Assembly (NCBI GenBank): GCA_038245295.1
Contig: JBBRSP010000029.1
Location: forward strand, 1 to 64,000
From: Candidatus Binatia bacterium
Lineage (GTDB): Bacteria > Desulfobacterota > Binatia > HRBIN30
Direction: 5' to 3'
Length of the DNA: 64,000 nt
The position numbers and the translations under genes are program-made. Numbering within the stretch: position 1 is the stretch's first letter; each line of letters opens with the position of its first letter. A model generated the notes under the pieces. It did not search any database, had not been told where the DNA came from, and was given only the letters and a program-made list of their open reading frames with translations. Below, in pieces: positions 32,588-41,246 of this stretch.

Positions 32588-33175
32588 CTAGGCGCAAGCG
32601 GCGTGGGTGTTCACGCCCTGGTGATTGCTAGCTGCGAACGTGTCATGGGCCTTGTTCACTTTGTCGGTCGGGCCGTGCGCGATGACGAGGAACTTGCCGG
32701 CTTTGATCTGCGTTTCGTAGGCGATGATGCTGTCCTTGGGGATCCCGACGCTGAGCAAGCCGGCGCCGAGCGCGCTTACACCTCCGACAAGGGCCGCGCT
32801 TTCCAGCGCTCCGACGATCCAGGCCACCACGGGCCCCGCCGCGAGCAACGGCCCAATGCCCGGGATGATGAAGAACGCCGATCCGAACAGCAGGGCCCAC
32901 AGGCCGCCCCAAAAGGCTCCGGCCGTACCCCAGGCTTTCATTCGGTCACCGGTTGTGTAGTAGCCGGTCGCCGTTTCTTCGGTGTGGTAATCCTTCCCAA
33001 CAATAGACAGTTGCTTGAGGTCGAACCCGGACTGCTGGAGTGCACGGACGGCATCCTCTGCCTCGACATGCGTGTCGTAGACGGCGACGATGGCGCTCGT
33101 TTCCGGTGCCGCGACATTCATCGCCTTGCCTGCTGTCCCTGAGTTCGCCGTCACCGGCTCTGCTTGTTCTGACAT
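32588..33175 (-). CDS. General stress protein (YflT/DUF1269-like, Gly-zipper)
   Basis: VAVYDTHVEAEDAVRAL, LSIVGKDYHTEE, GAFWGGLW...IPGIGPLLAAGP; GGAGG RBS. Confidence 0.8.
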   Translation of the reverse strand: MSEQAEPVTANSGTAGKAMNVAAPETSAIVAVYDTHVEAEDAVRALQQSGFDLKQLSIVGKDYHTEETATGYYTTGDRMKAWGTAGAFWGGLWALLFGSAFFIIPGIGPLLAAGPVVAWIVGALESAALVGGVSALGAGLLSVGIPKDSIIAYETQIKAGKFLVIAHGPTDKVNKAHDTFAASNHQGVNTHAACA

Positions 33176-33350
33176 GATCGTTCCTCCGCCATTTCTATAT
33201 ACGTGGTGTGCGAACGAGAGCGTCTCGAAACATTACGAATGTTAAAAGACCTTCGGCAGCGCAGTAAGCTCGGACTACTACGCGCGTGGTTTCACGCGGG
33301 AAGAGTTGCGTCCGCGTTTGACGAACCCGCGGCCGGTTAGAGTCGGCGTG

Positions 33351-33366
33351 TGTGACCCTCTTCACC
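33351..33366. promoter_or_regulatory. Putative CRP/FNR-family box
   Basis: TGTGA-CCCTCT-TCACC, one mismatch from TGTGA-N6-TCACA, in the divergent intergenic region. Confidence 0.4.
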
Positions 33367-33454
33367 GCGAGCGGCGCCGGTTGCTGGCGCAAACATTCTG
33401 GATAGCGGCATGGCAGCGATCGCGATAAGGGAGCCGGCGCAAACGAGGAGATCT

Positions 33455-33694
33455 ATGTCTGAAGATGCACCGTTCTCCCGAGACGGGGAACAGGCGGCCC
33501 GGGCCCGCAACGACTTCGCCGCGCGCCTGCGCGCCATGGCCGACTGGATCGAAGGCCTACCGGTCGACGAGCACCTCCGGGGCTTGCTGCCATGGATCGC
33601 TCGCGACACCGAAGCGGTGGAACGTATCAAGCTGTTGCGTCACATGCCGCGCACGCCGCGTGAACCGGGGCCTTTCGCTCGACGGCGGCGCTGA
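33455..33694 (+). CDS. Hypothetical 79-aa protein
   Basis: GAGGAG RBS before ATG; helical-looking sequence (FAARLRAMADWIEGLP). Confidence 0.6.
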   Translation: MSEDAPFSRDGEQAARARNDFAARLRAMADWIEGLPVDEHLRGLLPWIARDTEAVERIKLLRHMPRTPREPGPFARRRR

Positions 33695-33712
33695 CGCCGA
33701 GCGTTCTGCTAC

Positions 33713-34372
33713 TCAGCCCCGACGTGATCGTGTCGGATGAGTCGTCGTCTGGTGGTCCATTGCCGTGGCGAGGATGGCTTTCGCCCAGCCGTGCTCGGCC
33801 GCGAGCGGTTTCTCGATGTAGACAATCCTGCCGTCTTTGACGTGCAGCAGGCGCATCGGCGCGGCAGTTACCCCGATGACGGGATCGGCCTCCAGGCTAT
33901 TGTCGAACACGACCAGCTCGCGCAATACCGGGAGGAGTCGAACCAGATTGAGCATGCTGGAGCGTGTGCGGCGCTGGATCAGAGCGGCGGCAATGGCGTG
34001 GCCGCCACGCGCAACCCGCGCCGCGACGCGGGCGATGTGTTGTTCGGCCGACTTCAAACCCACGTAAACGATTCGCAAATCATGACCCGCCGCCGCGGCG
34101 TCCTTCAACAGTGCTGGAATCGTCTGGCCACCCAAGGTGGTTTCGAAAACGTAATCGGTGCCGTCGACGATCGCTGCCTCGATGAGTAGGCGGCCGTCGC
34201 GCCAGGCGCGACTGTTGGCCTCGTCCTCGGCCAGGTCGGGATCGTGGCGGCGATACTCCGCAGCGATCTCGTCGGGGTTAAAATAGACGCCGCCTTGCGA
34301 CCGCAAGAAGGCGCCGGCAACGCTGCTTTTACCGGCGCCGTTGACGCCGGCCAGGACGGTGATTGTCGCCAC
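33713..34372 (-). CDS. Zeta-toxin-like P-loop kinase/ATPase
   Basis: AGVNGAGKSS Walker A, FNPDEIA, FETTLGG, ARVAARVARGGH, VFDNS. Confidence 0.8.
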   Translation of the reverse strand: MATITVLAGVNGAGKSSVAGAFLRSQGGVYFNPDEIAAEYRRHDPDLAEDEANSRAWRDGRLLIEAAIVDGTDYVFETTLGGQTIPALLKDAAAAGHDLRIVYVGLKSAEQHIARVAARVARGGHAIAAALIQRRTRSSMLNLVRLLPVLRELVVFDNSLEADPVIGVTAAPMRLLHVKDGRIVYIEKPLAAEHGWAKAILATAMDHQTTTHPTRSRRG

Positions 34373-34380
34373 GCCCTAGA

Positions 34381-34752
34381 CTAACCGCGGCGTTTGGCGG
34401 CGCGCCGGGCTGCTCTTCCGAGCTCTTTGGTTCCGGCGTTGAACAACGCGTCGACCGCCAGCTTTGCCTTCGGCTTCTGCATCTGCGCCGTCAGCTCGTC
34501 GTAACGCCGACTCAGAACCTCCAACGCATGGTCCCGAGCCATGGCTACCAAAGATTCAACCGTCTCGAGCCGTAACAGCGCATACCTCTGGCGGCCGCGC
34601 CGCGTGATCGTGGCGATGCCGCCGGCCGCGACGATATCGATCACTTCGCCCAACCTGGCCTTGGCGTCGCTGGCCGAGAAGTCTCGCGCCCGCCCAAGGT
34701 CGGGCAAGGGCTCGACCGCCCGCGTCTTGAGGGCAACACCACGTGAGTTCAT
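34381..34752 (-). CDS. Phd/YefM-family antitoxin
   Basis: FSASDAKARLGEVID...ITRRGRQRYALL N-terminal fold motif; directly upstream of the zeta-like gene. Confidence 0.82.
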   Translation of the reverse strand: MNSRGVALKTRAVEPLPDLGRARDFSASDAKARLGEVIDIVAAGGIATITRRGRQRYALLRLETVESLVAMARDHALEVLSRRYDELTAQMQKPKAKLAVDALFNAGTKELGRAARRAAKRRG

Positions 34753-34787
34753 TTGACCAATATGGGCAAATGGCCTGTTTAGGTCAA
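34751..34787 (-). promoter_or_regulatory. Sigma70-type leaderless promoter with overlapping operator palindrome for the TA operon
   Basis: Minus strand TTGACC-N17-CATATT-N6-ATG. Palindrome ATTTGACCA-ATA-TGGGCAAAT (34751-34771) covers the -10 and the start codon. Confidence 0.6.
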
Positions 34788-34825
34788 TACGTTCGGCGGC
34801 TCAAACCCTTGGTCGCGACGCGGGC

Positions 34826-35479
34826 TCAGCGATGATTGGCGAACTCGGCAGCGTCATGAGTCGCCTCGAGCTCGGCAAGCGCCGAGCCCAGCTGCGCCTG
34901 GAGCGCCTCGGTATTGTCCGTCGGCACAATCGGTGCGCCGAAGATCAGTCGCACTGCGGCGAACGGCAGTGGGATCTGAAACCGGTCCCAGGAGCGGTGG
35001 AGGATGATGCGGCGACTCGGGATGACGGCTGTCGGCAAGATCGTTGCGCCGGTTCGCTGCGCCAAGGTGATCACGCCGCGGTAGACGTGACCGCGCGGCC
35101 CACGCGGTCCGTCGACGGCGAGCAAAGCGGGAATCCGTTGCTGTACCAGGACTCCGAGAAGGTCGAGGGCTTCCTGGCCACCTTTATCGACGCCAGCTTT
35201 GCGCGACGAGCCGCGCACGGCGCGGACACGACGCAGGTGTAGACTCGGCGCCAGCAGATCGCCATCGGCCGAGCGCGATACCATGGCGGCCATGTCCGGC
35301 TCGTCGTTGACGAACACCGCGGCAAGCTGGTGCGCGTGTAGGAGTGCGTAGATATAGGGTGTGTTGCCGGCGCGTAGGGCAGGGCGCGGATCGTTCTCAA
35401 TGCGATAGCGGCAGGTGATTCGCCAGCACACCAATACCAGGCCCAGGAGCCAGCCGAGCAATAGGTTGAGGCGCTTCAT
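34826..35479 (-). CDS. DUF374 / lysophospholipid acyltransferase family protein
   Basis: MVSRSADGDL, VRGSSRK..GG, AVDGPRGP, SWDRFQIPLPF. Confidence 0.85.
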   Translation of the reverse strand: MKRLNLLLGWLLGLVLVCWRITCRYRIENDPRPALRAGNTPYIYALLHAHQLAAVFVNDEPDMAAMVSRSADGDLLAPSLHLRRVRAVRGSSRKAGVDKGGQEALDLLGVLVQQRIPALLAVDGPRGPRGHVYRGVITLAQRTGATILPTAVIPSRRIILHRSWDRFQIPLPFAAVRLIFGAPIVPTDNTEALQAQLGSALAELEATHDAAEFANHR

Positions 35480-35563
35480 CGGTCGGTTCCCCTGCTGCGG
35501 CTAACCAAGCGTCCGCAGGGAGTAAAGGGTGCGCGCCCCGGTCGGACGGTGTGACGGCCTCGC

Positions 35564-37078
35564 CTAGAAGCCGAAGTGGATCAGGTCATCAATGTGCTGG
35601 CGCGCGTGGTTGGTTCCGAAGTTGGCTTGGTCACGACTCTGCGCATGGATCTCCAGCAATGGTTCGCCCTTGTGGACAACGTCACCAACCTGTTTGAGCA
35701 AGCGAACGCCGGCGGCGACGTTGGCCGGAGCGCCGGCAAGCTTGGCGATGCGCGCGATGGTCCAGCAGTCGATCTCGCGGATGCGGCCTTCGTTACCGGC
35801 TTCGATCACTTCGCGGAAACGTGCCGGCGCCGGCAGGTCGCGGGCTCCTTGAGCCACCACGATGCGGTTGAACGCCTTCTCGGCGGCCCCGGAGTCCAAC
35901 GCCTCGCGGGCTTGATGGTAACCCTCGCCCTCTTTGGCGCGGCCGACCAGTTCGAGGATGCGAGCGGCGAGGAAGAGGGACTTCTCTCGGAGGTCGACCG
36001 GCGCGGCTGGCAAACGCGCCAACACGGCCAGCACGTCGAGCGCCTCCAGGCGCGGCCCAATCCCAAAGCCGATCGGTCCCTTGGCCTCGGTGATAACGAT
36101 ATCGAGCTGCAAGCCGATGTGTTTGGCCACGACCTCGAATAGGCCGCTCAGCCGCTCCGCGTCGGCCAGGCTGCGCACCTTGGCGCTGTTGCCGACAGGA
36201 ATGTCGAGAAGCACGTGTGTGGCGCCGGCCGTCTTCTTCTTCGACAGAATCGAGGCGACCATCTGCGCCTCGGTGTCGATCTCCATCGGACGCTCCACCG
36301 TAATCAGGATATCGTCCGCCGGTGCCAAGCCAAGCGCGCCGCCCCAGGCGATACAGGCCCCCGCCTGCTCGATGACCTCGTAGAGTCGTTGCGGCGAAAG
36401 AGCGACCTCGGCGAGCACACCCATGGTGTCGGCGGTGCCGGCCGGGCTGGTGATGGCGCGCGAGGATGTTTTCGGCACCGTCAGTCCGAGAGTCGCCAGG
36501 ATGGGTACAACGATCATCGTGGTGCGATTGCCCGGCACACCGCCGATACAGTGCTTGTCGGGGATCGGAGCGTGATCGAACGTCAGGCTCGTTCCGGCGG
36601 CGATCATCGCCTGGGTGAGCGCCACCAATTCGGTGGCGTCGAGCGTTTGCAGGGCGCACGCCAGGACAAACATGGACAGCTCGACCTTCGAGTAACGGTG
36701 CTGCACGACGTCGGCGAAGATTGCGTTGAACGCACCCTCGTCGAGTCGTTGGCCGCGTAGCTTGTTGCGCACCAGATCGAGGCTGCTGGGGGCAGGAGCC
36801 AGTGTCGCATTGACGCGTGCGCCAATCGCCAGCCCGAGGTCGTGGAAGGCAACTTCGGAGAGGCCGATTTCATCCGGCTGGATCAAGTCGTCGCGACAGA
36901 AGTTGAGGATGCCGGTAATCTCGCGCGCTTCGCCGTGGCTGCCTTGCCCGTCGACCTGGGCGACGCGGACGCGATCGAGAGGTCGAAAGCCGAGGTCGCC
37001 GGAAGCAACGGCATCCTCATGAATGAAAATGACGTGCTCGCTCAACGTATCGATGCACAGGTGTTTGAGGCGAAACAT
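35564..37078 (-). CDS. Thymidine/AMP phosphorylase family protein (archaeal AMPpase-like long form)
   Basis: DKHCIGGVPGNRTT, PKTSSRAITSPAGTAD, LAPADD..I.VERP, SILSKK, plus the N-terminal extension of the AMP phosphorylase subfamily. Confidence 0.9.
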   Translation of the reverse strand: MFRLKHLCIDTLSEHVIFIHEDAVASGDLGFRPLDRVRVAQVDGQGSHGEAREITGILNFCRDDLIQPDEIGLSEVAFHDLGLAIGARVNATLAPAPSSLDLVRNKLRGQRLDEGAFNAIFADVVQHRYSKVELSMFVLACALQTLDATELVALTQAMIAAGTSLTFDHAPIPDKHCIGGVPGNRTTMIVVPILATLGLTVPKTSSRAITSPAGTADTMGVLAEVALSPQRLYEVIEQAGACIAWGGALGLAPADDILITVERPMEIDTEAQMVASILSKKKTAGATHVLLDIPVGNSAKVRSLADAERLSGLFEVVAKHIGLQLDIVITEAKGPIGFGIGPRLEALDVLAVLARLPAAPVDLREKSLFLAARILELVGRAKEGEGYHQAREALDSGAAEKAFNRIVVAQGARDLPAPARFREVIEAGNEGRIREIDCWTIARIAKLAGAPANVAAGVRLLKQVGDVVHKGEPLLEIHAQSRDQANFGTNHARQHIDDLIHFGF

Positions 37079-37090
37079 CGGCGCTGCCTA

Positions 37091-38506
37091 TCAATCCAGA
37101 CGTACCGTTTCGAGATAACGCGGCACGACAGCTGTCCACTTGAGCTCGCTTTCGATGCCGCGTCGCAACGACTCGGCCGGTGCCTCCTCTCCGTGAACGA
37201 CAAAGGTTGTTTGCGGCGGCTGCGGCGCCGTCCGCAGCCACGCGAGTATCTCGGAGCGATCGGCATGCACCGAGAAGGCCGGCACGTCGACGATCTCGGC
37301 GCGCACGCCGACATAGTGTCCGAGCATCTTGATGGACGCGGCGCCGCTCAGCAGCTGTCGGCCGCGTGTGCCGTCGGCCTGGTAGCCGACGAGGATCACG
37401 GTGTTGCGTTCGTCGGAAAGGCGATTCAATAGGTGGTGCAGTACGCGCCCGCCAGTGGCCATGCCCGACGCCGATACGATGATCATCGGCCCTTGGCGCC
37501 TGTTGATGGCCATCGAATCCTCGACACGTCGAGCCTCGACCAGCGAACCTGGGTCGAAGGGATCGCCATCGGCGAGCAGCCCAGGTTTGACCTCGGGGCT
37601 GCCCGAAGCCAGGGCCTGTCGATATAAGCCGAGGGTCGACAACGCCATTGGGCTATCGACGTAGACGGGAATCTGCGGCAAGCGGCCGGCGCGTATCAGG
37701 CGGCGCAGATGGTAGAGGACGATCTCCGTCCGATCGACGGCGAACGACGGGATGACGATGACACCACCGCGTTGGGCGGTGCGGGCGATGGCGCTTTCGA
37801 AGTGTTGCAGCGACAGCTCGTCCTCGTGTTCGCGATCGCCATAGGTGGATTCCGTGATGATGATATCGGCGGCCGGTGGCGGGCTGGGAGGCATAAGGAT
37901 CGGATGGTTTGGGCGACCGAGGTCGCCACTGAACAGGAGTGAGCGCGATTTACCGTCCGCGAGGCGCACGTGTGCCATCGCCGAGCCAAGGATATGCCCG
38001 GCCGGGTGGAAGACGACACTGACACCGTCGGCGACGATCTGCTCGGCACCAAACGCAACCGGCTTGAAATGCATCAGCGCGTGCTGGGCGTCCTTCTCCG
38101 TATAGAGAGGCAAGGCGGGTGAGTGCTTCGAATAGCCGCGGCGATTGGCGTAGGCGGCTTCTTCTTCCAGCAGGTAGCCGCTGTCGGGCAACAACACGGC
38201 GCACAGGTCGCGCGTCGACGGCGTGCAGTAGACCGGTCCATTGAAGCCGTTGCGAATCAGCGCCGGCACGTAGCCGGAATGGTCCAGGTGGGCGTGCGTC
38301 AGCACCACCGCGTTGATCGTAGCCGGGTCGACGGGGAACGGATCCCAGTTGCGTAAGCGCAGCGCTTTGAGCCCCTGGAACATGCCGCAGTCGATCAGGA
38401 CGCGCGCCTTGTCGGTTTCGATCAGGAAGCGGCTGCCGGTGACGGTTCCGGTGGCGCCAAGAAAGCGAAGAAGTGGAACGCTGGGGCGAGTAAAGGTACT
38501 TGTCAT
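37091..38506 (-). CDS. MBL-fold beta-CASP ribonuclease-like hydrolase
   Basis: FLGATGTVTGS, LTHAHLDHSG, AGHILGS, FSGDLG, ESTYGDR, SASGMATGGR, FSVHAD, VVHGE. Confidence 0.92.
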   Translation of the reverse strand: MTSTFTRPSVPLLRFLGATGTVTGSRFLIETDKARVLIDCGMFQGLKALRLRNWDPFPVDPATINAVVLTHAHLDHSGYVPALIRNGFNGPVYCTPSTRDLCAVLLPDSGYLLEEEAAYANRRGYSKHSPALPLYTEKDAQHALMHFKPVAFGAEQIVADGVSVVFHPAGHILGSAMAHVRLADGKSRSLLFSGDLGRPNHPILMPPSPPPAADIIITESTYGDREHEDELSLQHFESAIARTAQRGGVIVIPSFAVDRTEIVLYHLRRLIRAGRLPQIPVYVDSPMALSTLGLYRQALASGSPEVKPGLLADGDPFDPGSLVEARRVEDSMAINRRQGPMIIVSASGMATGGRVLHHLLNRLSDERNTVILVGYQADGTRGRQLLSGAASIKMLGHYVGVRAEIVDVPAFSVHADRSEILAWLRTAPQPPQTTFVVHGEEAPAESLRRGIESELKWTAVVPRYLETVRLD

Positions 38507-39366
38507 TTGAACCCTCGTGAAAGTGGTGCACTGAAGAGCGCGCTACAGTCAATGCGGTTGGTGCGATGCGCCACGCTATTGCAGGAAACGACGCGACGGA
38601 TGCCGGCGGCGCGAATGCGTCGAAGGGCATCGGCGGCGAAGATGGCATGTACGACGGCGGCGTCGATTTGCTCGATGCCGCGCCGTCGCAGTGCACGCGC
38701 CGCGACCGCCAGGGTGACCCCACTACTGGCGATGTCGTCGACGAGCACGGCGTGCTTCACCGTTTCACACGCGGCAAAGTCGATCTCCACACGACGATCG
38801 CCAAGGCGGCGTTTGTTGCCAACCAACCACGGCTGCCCGGCGCGTCGGGCAATGGCTCGGACCCACGGCGCTGATTCGCTGTCCGGACCAACGATGAGAG
38901 CACCGGGAGCGGTGTGTTGGATCCATTCGGCGATCGCCGGGGCGGCGGAGATGGAACGGCCGGGGATGACGGCGCTCAGCGCCGCGATACGATGCAGATG
39001 AGCTTCCAAGGTGAGCACGCGGTCGAACCCCTGTCGCAGCAACCCCGCGAACACCTGCTGGGTCAAAGGCTCGCCAGGATGGAAGACAGCGTCCTGACGC
39101 ATGTATGGCAGATACGGCGCCACGAGTGTCACCCGTCGCACGCCGCTGCGGCGTAGTGCGTCGGCGGCCTGTAAAACCTCGATCAGCTTGGCGTTCGGAG
39201 CATCGAGGGCACAGACGACGATGGCATGACGTGCCACCGTGGGGTGCACACGTACCAAGGATTCGCCATCCGGGAAGCGGTGGATGGCAATTGGCTTGGG
39301 AGTCGTGCGGAGGCGCCGCGCCAGCTGCGCGCTGAAAGAGCTCTTGTCGGGGAAGACGTGCAACAT
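38503..39366 (-). CDS. prs: Ribose-phosphate diphosphokinase (PRPP synthetase, archaeal/class III-like)
   Basis: RFPDGES, APYLPYMRQD, GPDSES, LVDDIASSGVT. Confidence 0.88.
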   Translation of the reverse strand: MLHVFPDKSSFSAQLARRLRTTPKPIAIHRFPDGESLVRVHPTVARHAIVVCALDAPNAKLIEVLQAADALRRSGVRRVTLVAPYLPYMRQDAVFHPGEPLTQQVFAGLLRQGFDRVLTLEAHLHRIAALSAVIPGRSISAAPAIAEWIQHTAPGALIVGPDSESAPWVRAIARRAGQPWLVGNKRRLGDRRVEIDFAACETVKHAVLVDDIASSGVTLAVAARALRRRGIEQIDAAVVHAIFAADALRRIRAAGIRRVVSCNSVAHRTNRIDCSALFSAPLSRGFK

Positions 39367-39386
39367 GAGCGGCCTCTGCGCGCCAA

Positions 39387-40364
39387 TCACGAGGAGAGCG
39401 CGCGTACCAGGAGTGGCAGCGAGCGATCGAAACGGTACGAGACGCCGGAGTGGTTGTCGTCGAACTCTTCGTGGCGGACCTTGATTCCGAGCGCCTTGGC
39501 GTGGGCCGCGAAGATACGCGCGCCGTGATGCAAGGCAAACTGATCGCGGTTGCCGCAGTCGAGATAGACCAGGCGCATGCCGCGTAGCGCCTTGCGATGC
39601 GGTTGCAGCATGTCGATCGGATCGAACGTCTTCCAGCGTTGCCAGACGTCGTCGCGCAACTCGCCGGTGTTCAGGTCGAACGGCACGTCGAAGCCGACCT
39701 TGGCGCGGCGATTGGGCGAGTAACACGAGGCCATCGCCAACGTGTTGACGACGGCGTGGAGTCCGCCGGCAAGGCGCTTTGGCATCTGCTCCCAGGCGCG
39801 CAGGAAACGCTCGATGCCGCCGTACGGTTGCAGTCCGTCGAGAGCCTTCGGGAAGTCCGGCAGGTAACAGTACTCGAAGTACATGTCGCCCGAGTGCGAA
39901 GCGACGGCGTGAAAGACGTCGGGGTACTTCATGCCGAGATAGAGGGCGCCAAAACCGCCGCTGGATTTGCCAATGACGCCGCGCCGACCGGTGGTGGCGA
40001 AGTGTTTATCGACCCAGGGAGCCAGCTCCTTGGCGATGTGGTCGGCATAAGGGCCGGTGGCGGTCGAGTTGAGGTATTGCGAGCCGCCGTAACGCGTCAG
40101 GCAATCCGGCATCACGATGATCGCTTCGCGCATGCGGCGCTCGCCGATCAAGCGGTCGACTCGCTCAACGATGTTCTCCGACCACAAGCTGCGCTGCACG
40201 TATTGCTCTCCGAAGCCGGTGAAGCCGGCCAGCAGATACAACACCGGGTAGCGGCGTCGCGGGTAGCTCGGCGGCAGGTAGACGGGAATACGCCGCTGCG
40301 TTGGGTCGCCGAGGGGGTTGTGACGCAGAAGCCGGCTGTCGAACTCGAGAATGGTGACTGGCAT
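39387..40364 (-). CDS. Esterase (Fes-like alpha/beta hydrolase)
   Basis: NPLGDP, VYLPPSY, YPVLYLLAG, GKSSGG nucleophile, EEFDDNH. Confidence 0.85.
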   Translation of the reverse strand: MPVTILEFDSRLLRHNPLGDPTQRRIPVYLPPSYPRRRYPVLYLLAGFTGFGEQYVQRSLWSENIVERVDRLIGERRMREAIIVMPDCLTRYGGSQYLNSTATGPYADHIAKELAPWVDKHFATTGRRGVIGKSSGGFGALYLGMKYPDVFHAVASHSGDMYFEYCYLPDFPKALDGLQPYGGIERFLRAWEQMPKRLAGGLHAVVNTLAMASCYSPNRRAKVGFDVPFDLNTGELRDDVWQRWKTFDPIDMLQPHRKALRGMRLVYLDCGNRDQFALHHGARIFAAHAKALGIKVRHEEFDDNHSGVSYRFDRSLPLLVRALSS

Positions 40365-40430
40365 GATCTTTCGTTGATTCCTCAGGTGTGTGCGGGGCTC
40401 GACGCTGGCCGTGGCGGCGCTGGTTCCGAA

Positions 40431-41144
40431 TTAGATCGACGGCGTGGCAGCATTCCGCAGTCCTTTCAAATCGATCAATACGATGGATCCGCGGCCGTAT
40501 TCCAGCAGCCCTTCACGCATCAATGTTGCCATGGCTTTGCTGACTCGTTCACGCGAGGCGCCGACCATCTCAGCCAGGTTCTCGTGGGTCAGCGGCAGTT
40601 CGATCAGCAAGCCTGTCGCGTTGCGCACGCCGAAGGTGTCGCCGAGGTCGATGAGTGTCATGGCCAGACGGCCGCGCAGATCAAGGGCGACGCAATGGAG
40701 CAACCGCATGCCGAACTTTGCCTGGCGTTCGACGACGCGGTTGAAGAAGCGAATCAAGGTCGTCGAGGAGATCTCGCTGGCGATGCGCTCGAAATCGCGG
40801 CGGCCGACCTGCGCGACAATCGCATCGGTGAAGGCCTCGGCGGCGCTCCAGCGCGGCCGTTCCGTCTCGACAATGGGGAAACCGAAGATGGCGCCCGGAT
40901 GATGCAGCGCACATAGGATGCGTTGGCCGTTCGGTAGGATAACCGACAGACTGACCTCGCCGGCCAGGACGATGAACAACGTACTACGGCTGGTTCCCTG
41001 CGGCACGATGGCACCGCCGCGGGCGAAGCTGCGGATGTTGGCGGCGCGCAGCAACGCGTCGATCGTCTCCGGTGCCAAGCCCCACTCGGTACTCAGACGC
41101 TGACGAATCTTGGGGTTAGGAATGAGTTCCTGCTTGTGTGACAT
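40431..41144 (-). CDS. Crp/Fnr family transcriptional regulator
   Basis: cNMP-binding beta-roll followed by LTHENLAEMVGASRERVSKAM HTH. Confidence 0.9.
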   Translation of the reverse strand: MSHKQELIPNPKIRQRLSTEWGLAPETIDALLRAANIRSFARGGAIVPQGTSRSTLFIVLAGEVSLSVILPNGQRILCALHHPGAIFGFPIVETERPRWSAAEAFTDAIVAQVGRRDFERIASEISSTTLIRFFNRVVERQAKFGMRLLHCVALDLRGRLAMTLIDLGDTFGVRNATGLLIELPLTHENLAEMVGASRERVSKAMATLMREGLLEYGRGSIVLIDLKGLRNAATPSI

Positions 41145-41246
41145 AGGTCACGGACGCCTCCGTCCGCTCTGCTACTTCACCGGACAAATCGAAGCAACAG
41201 CCGGGCGGGACGACCGACAACGGTGCCGCGCCCAAGGAGGAAGAAG

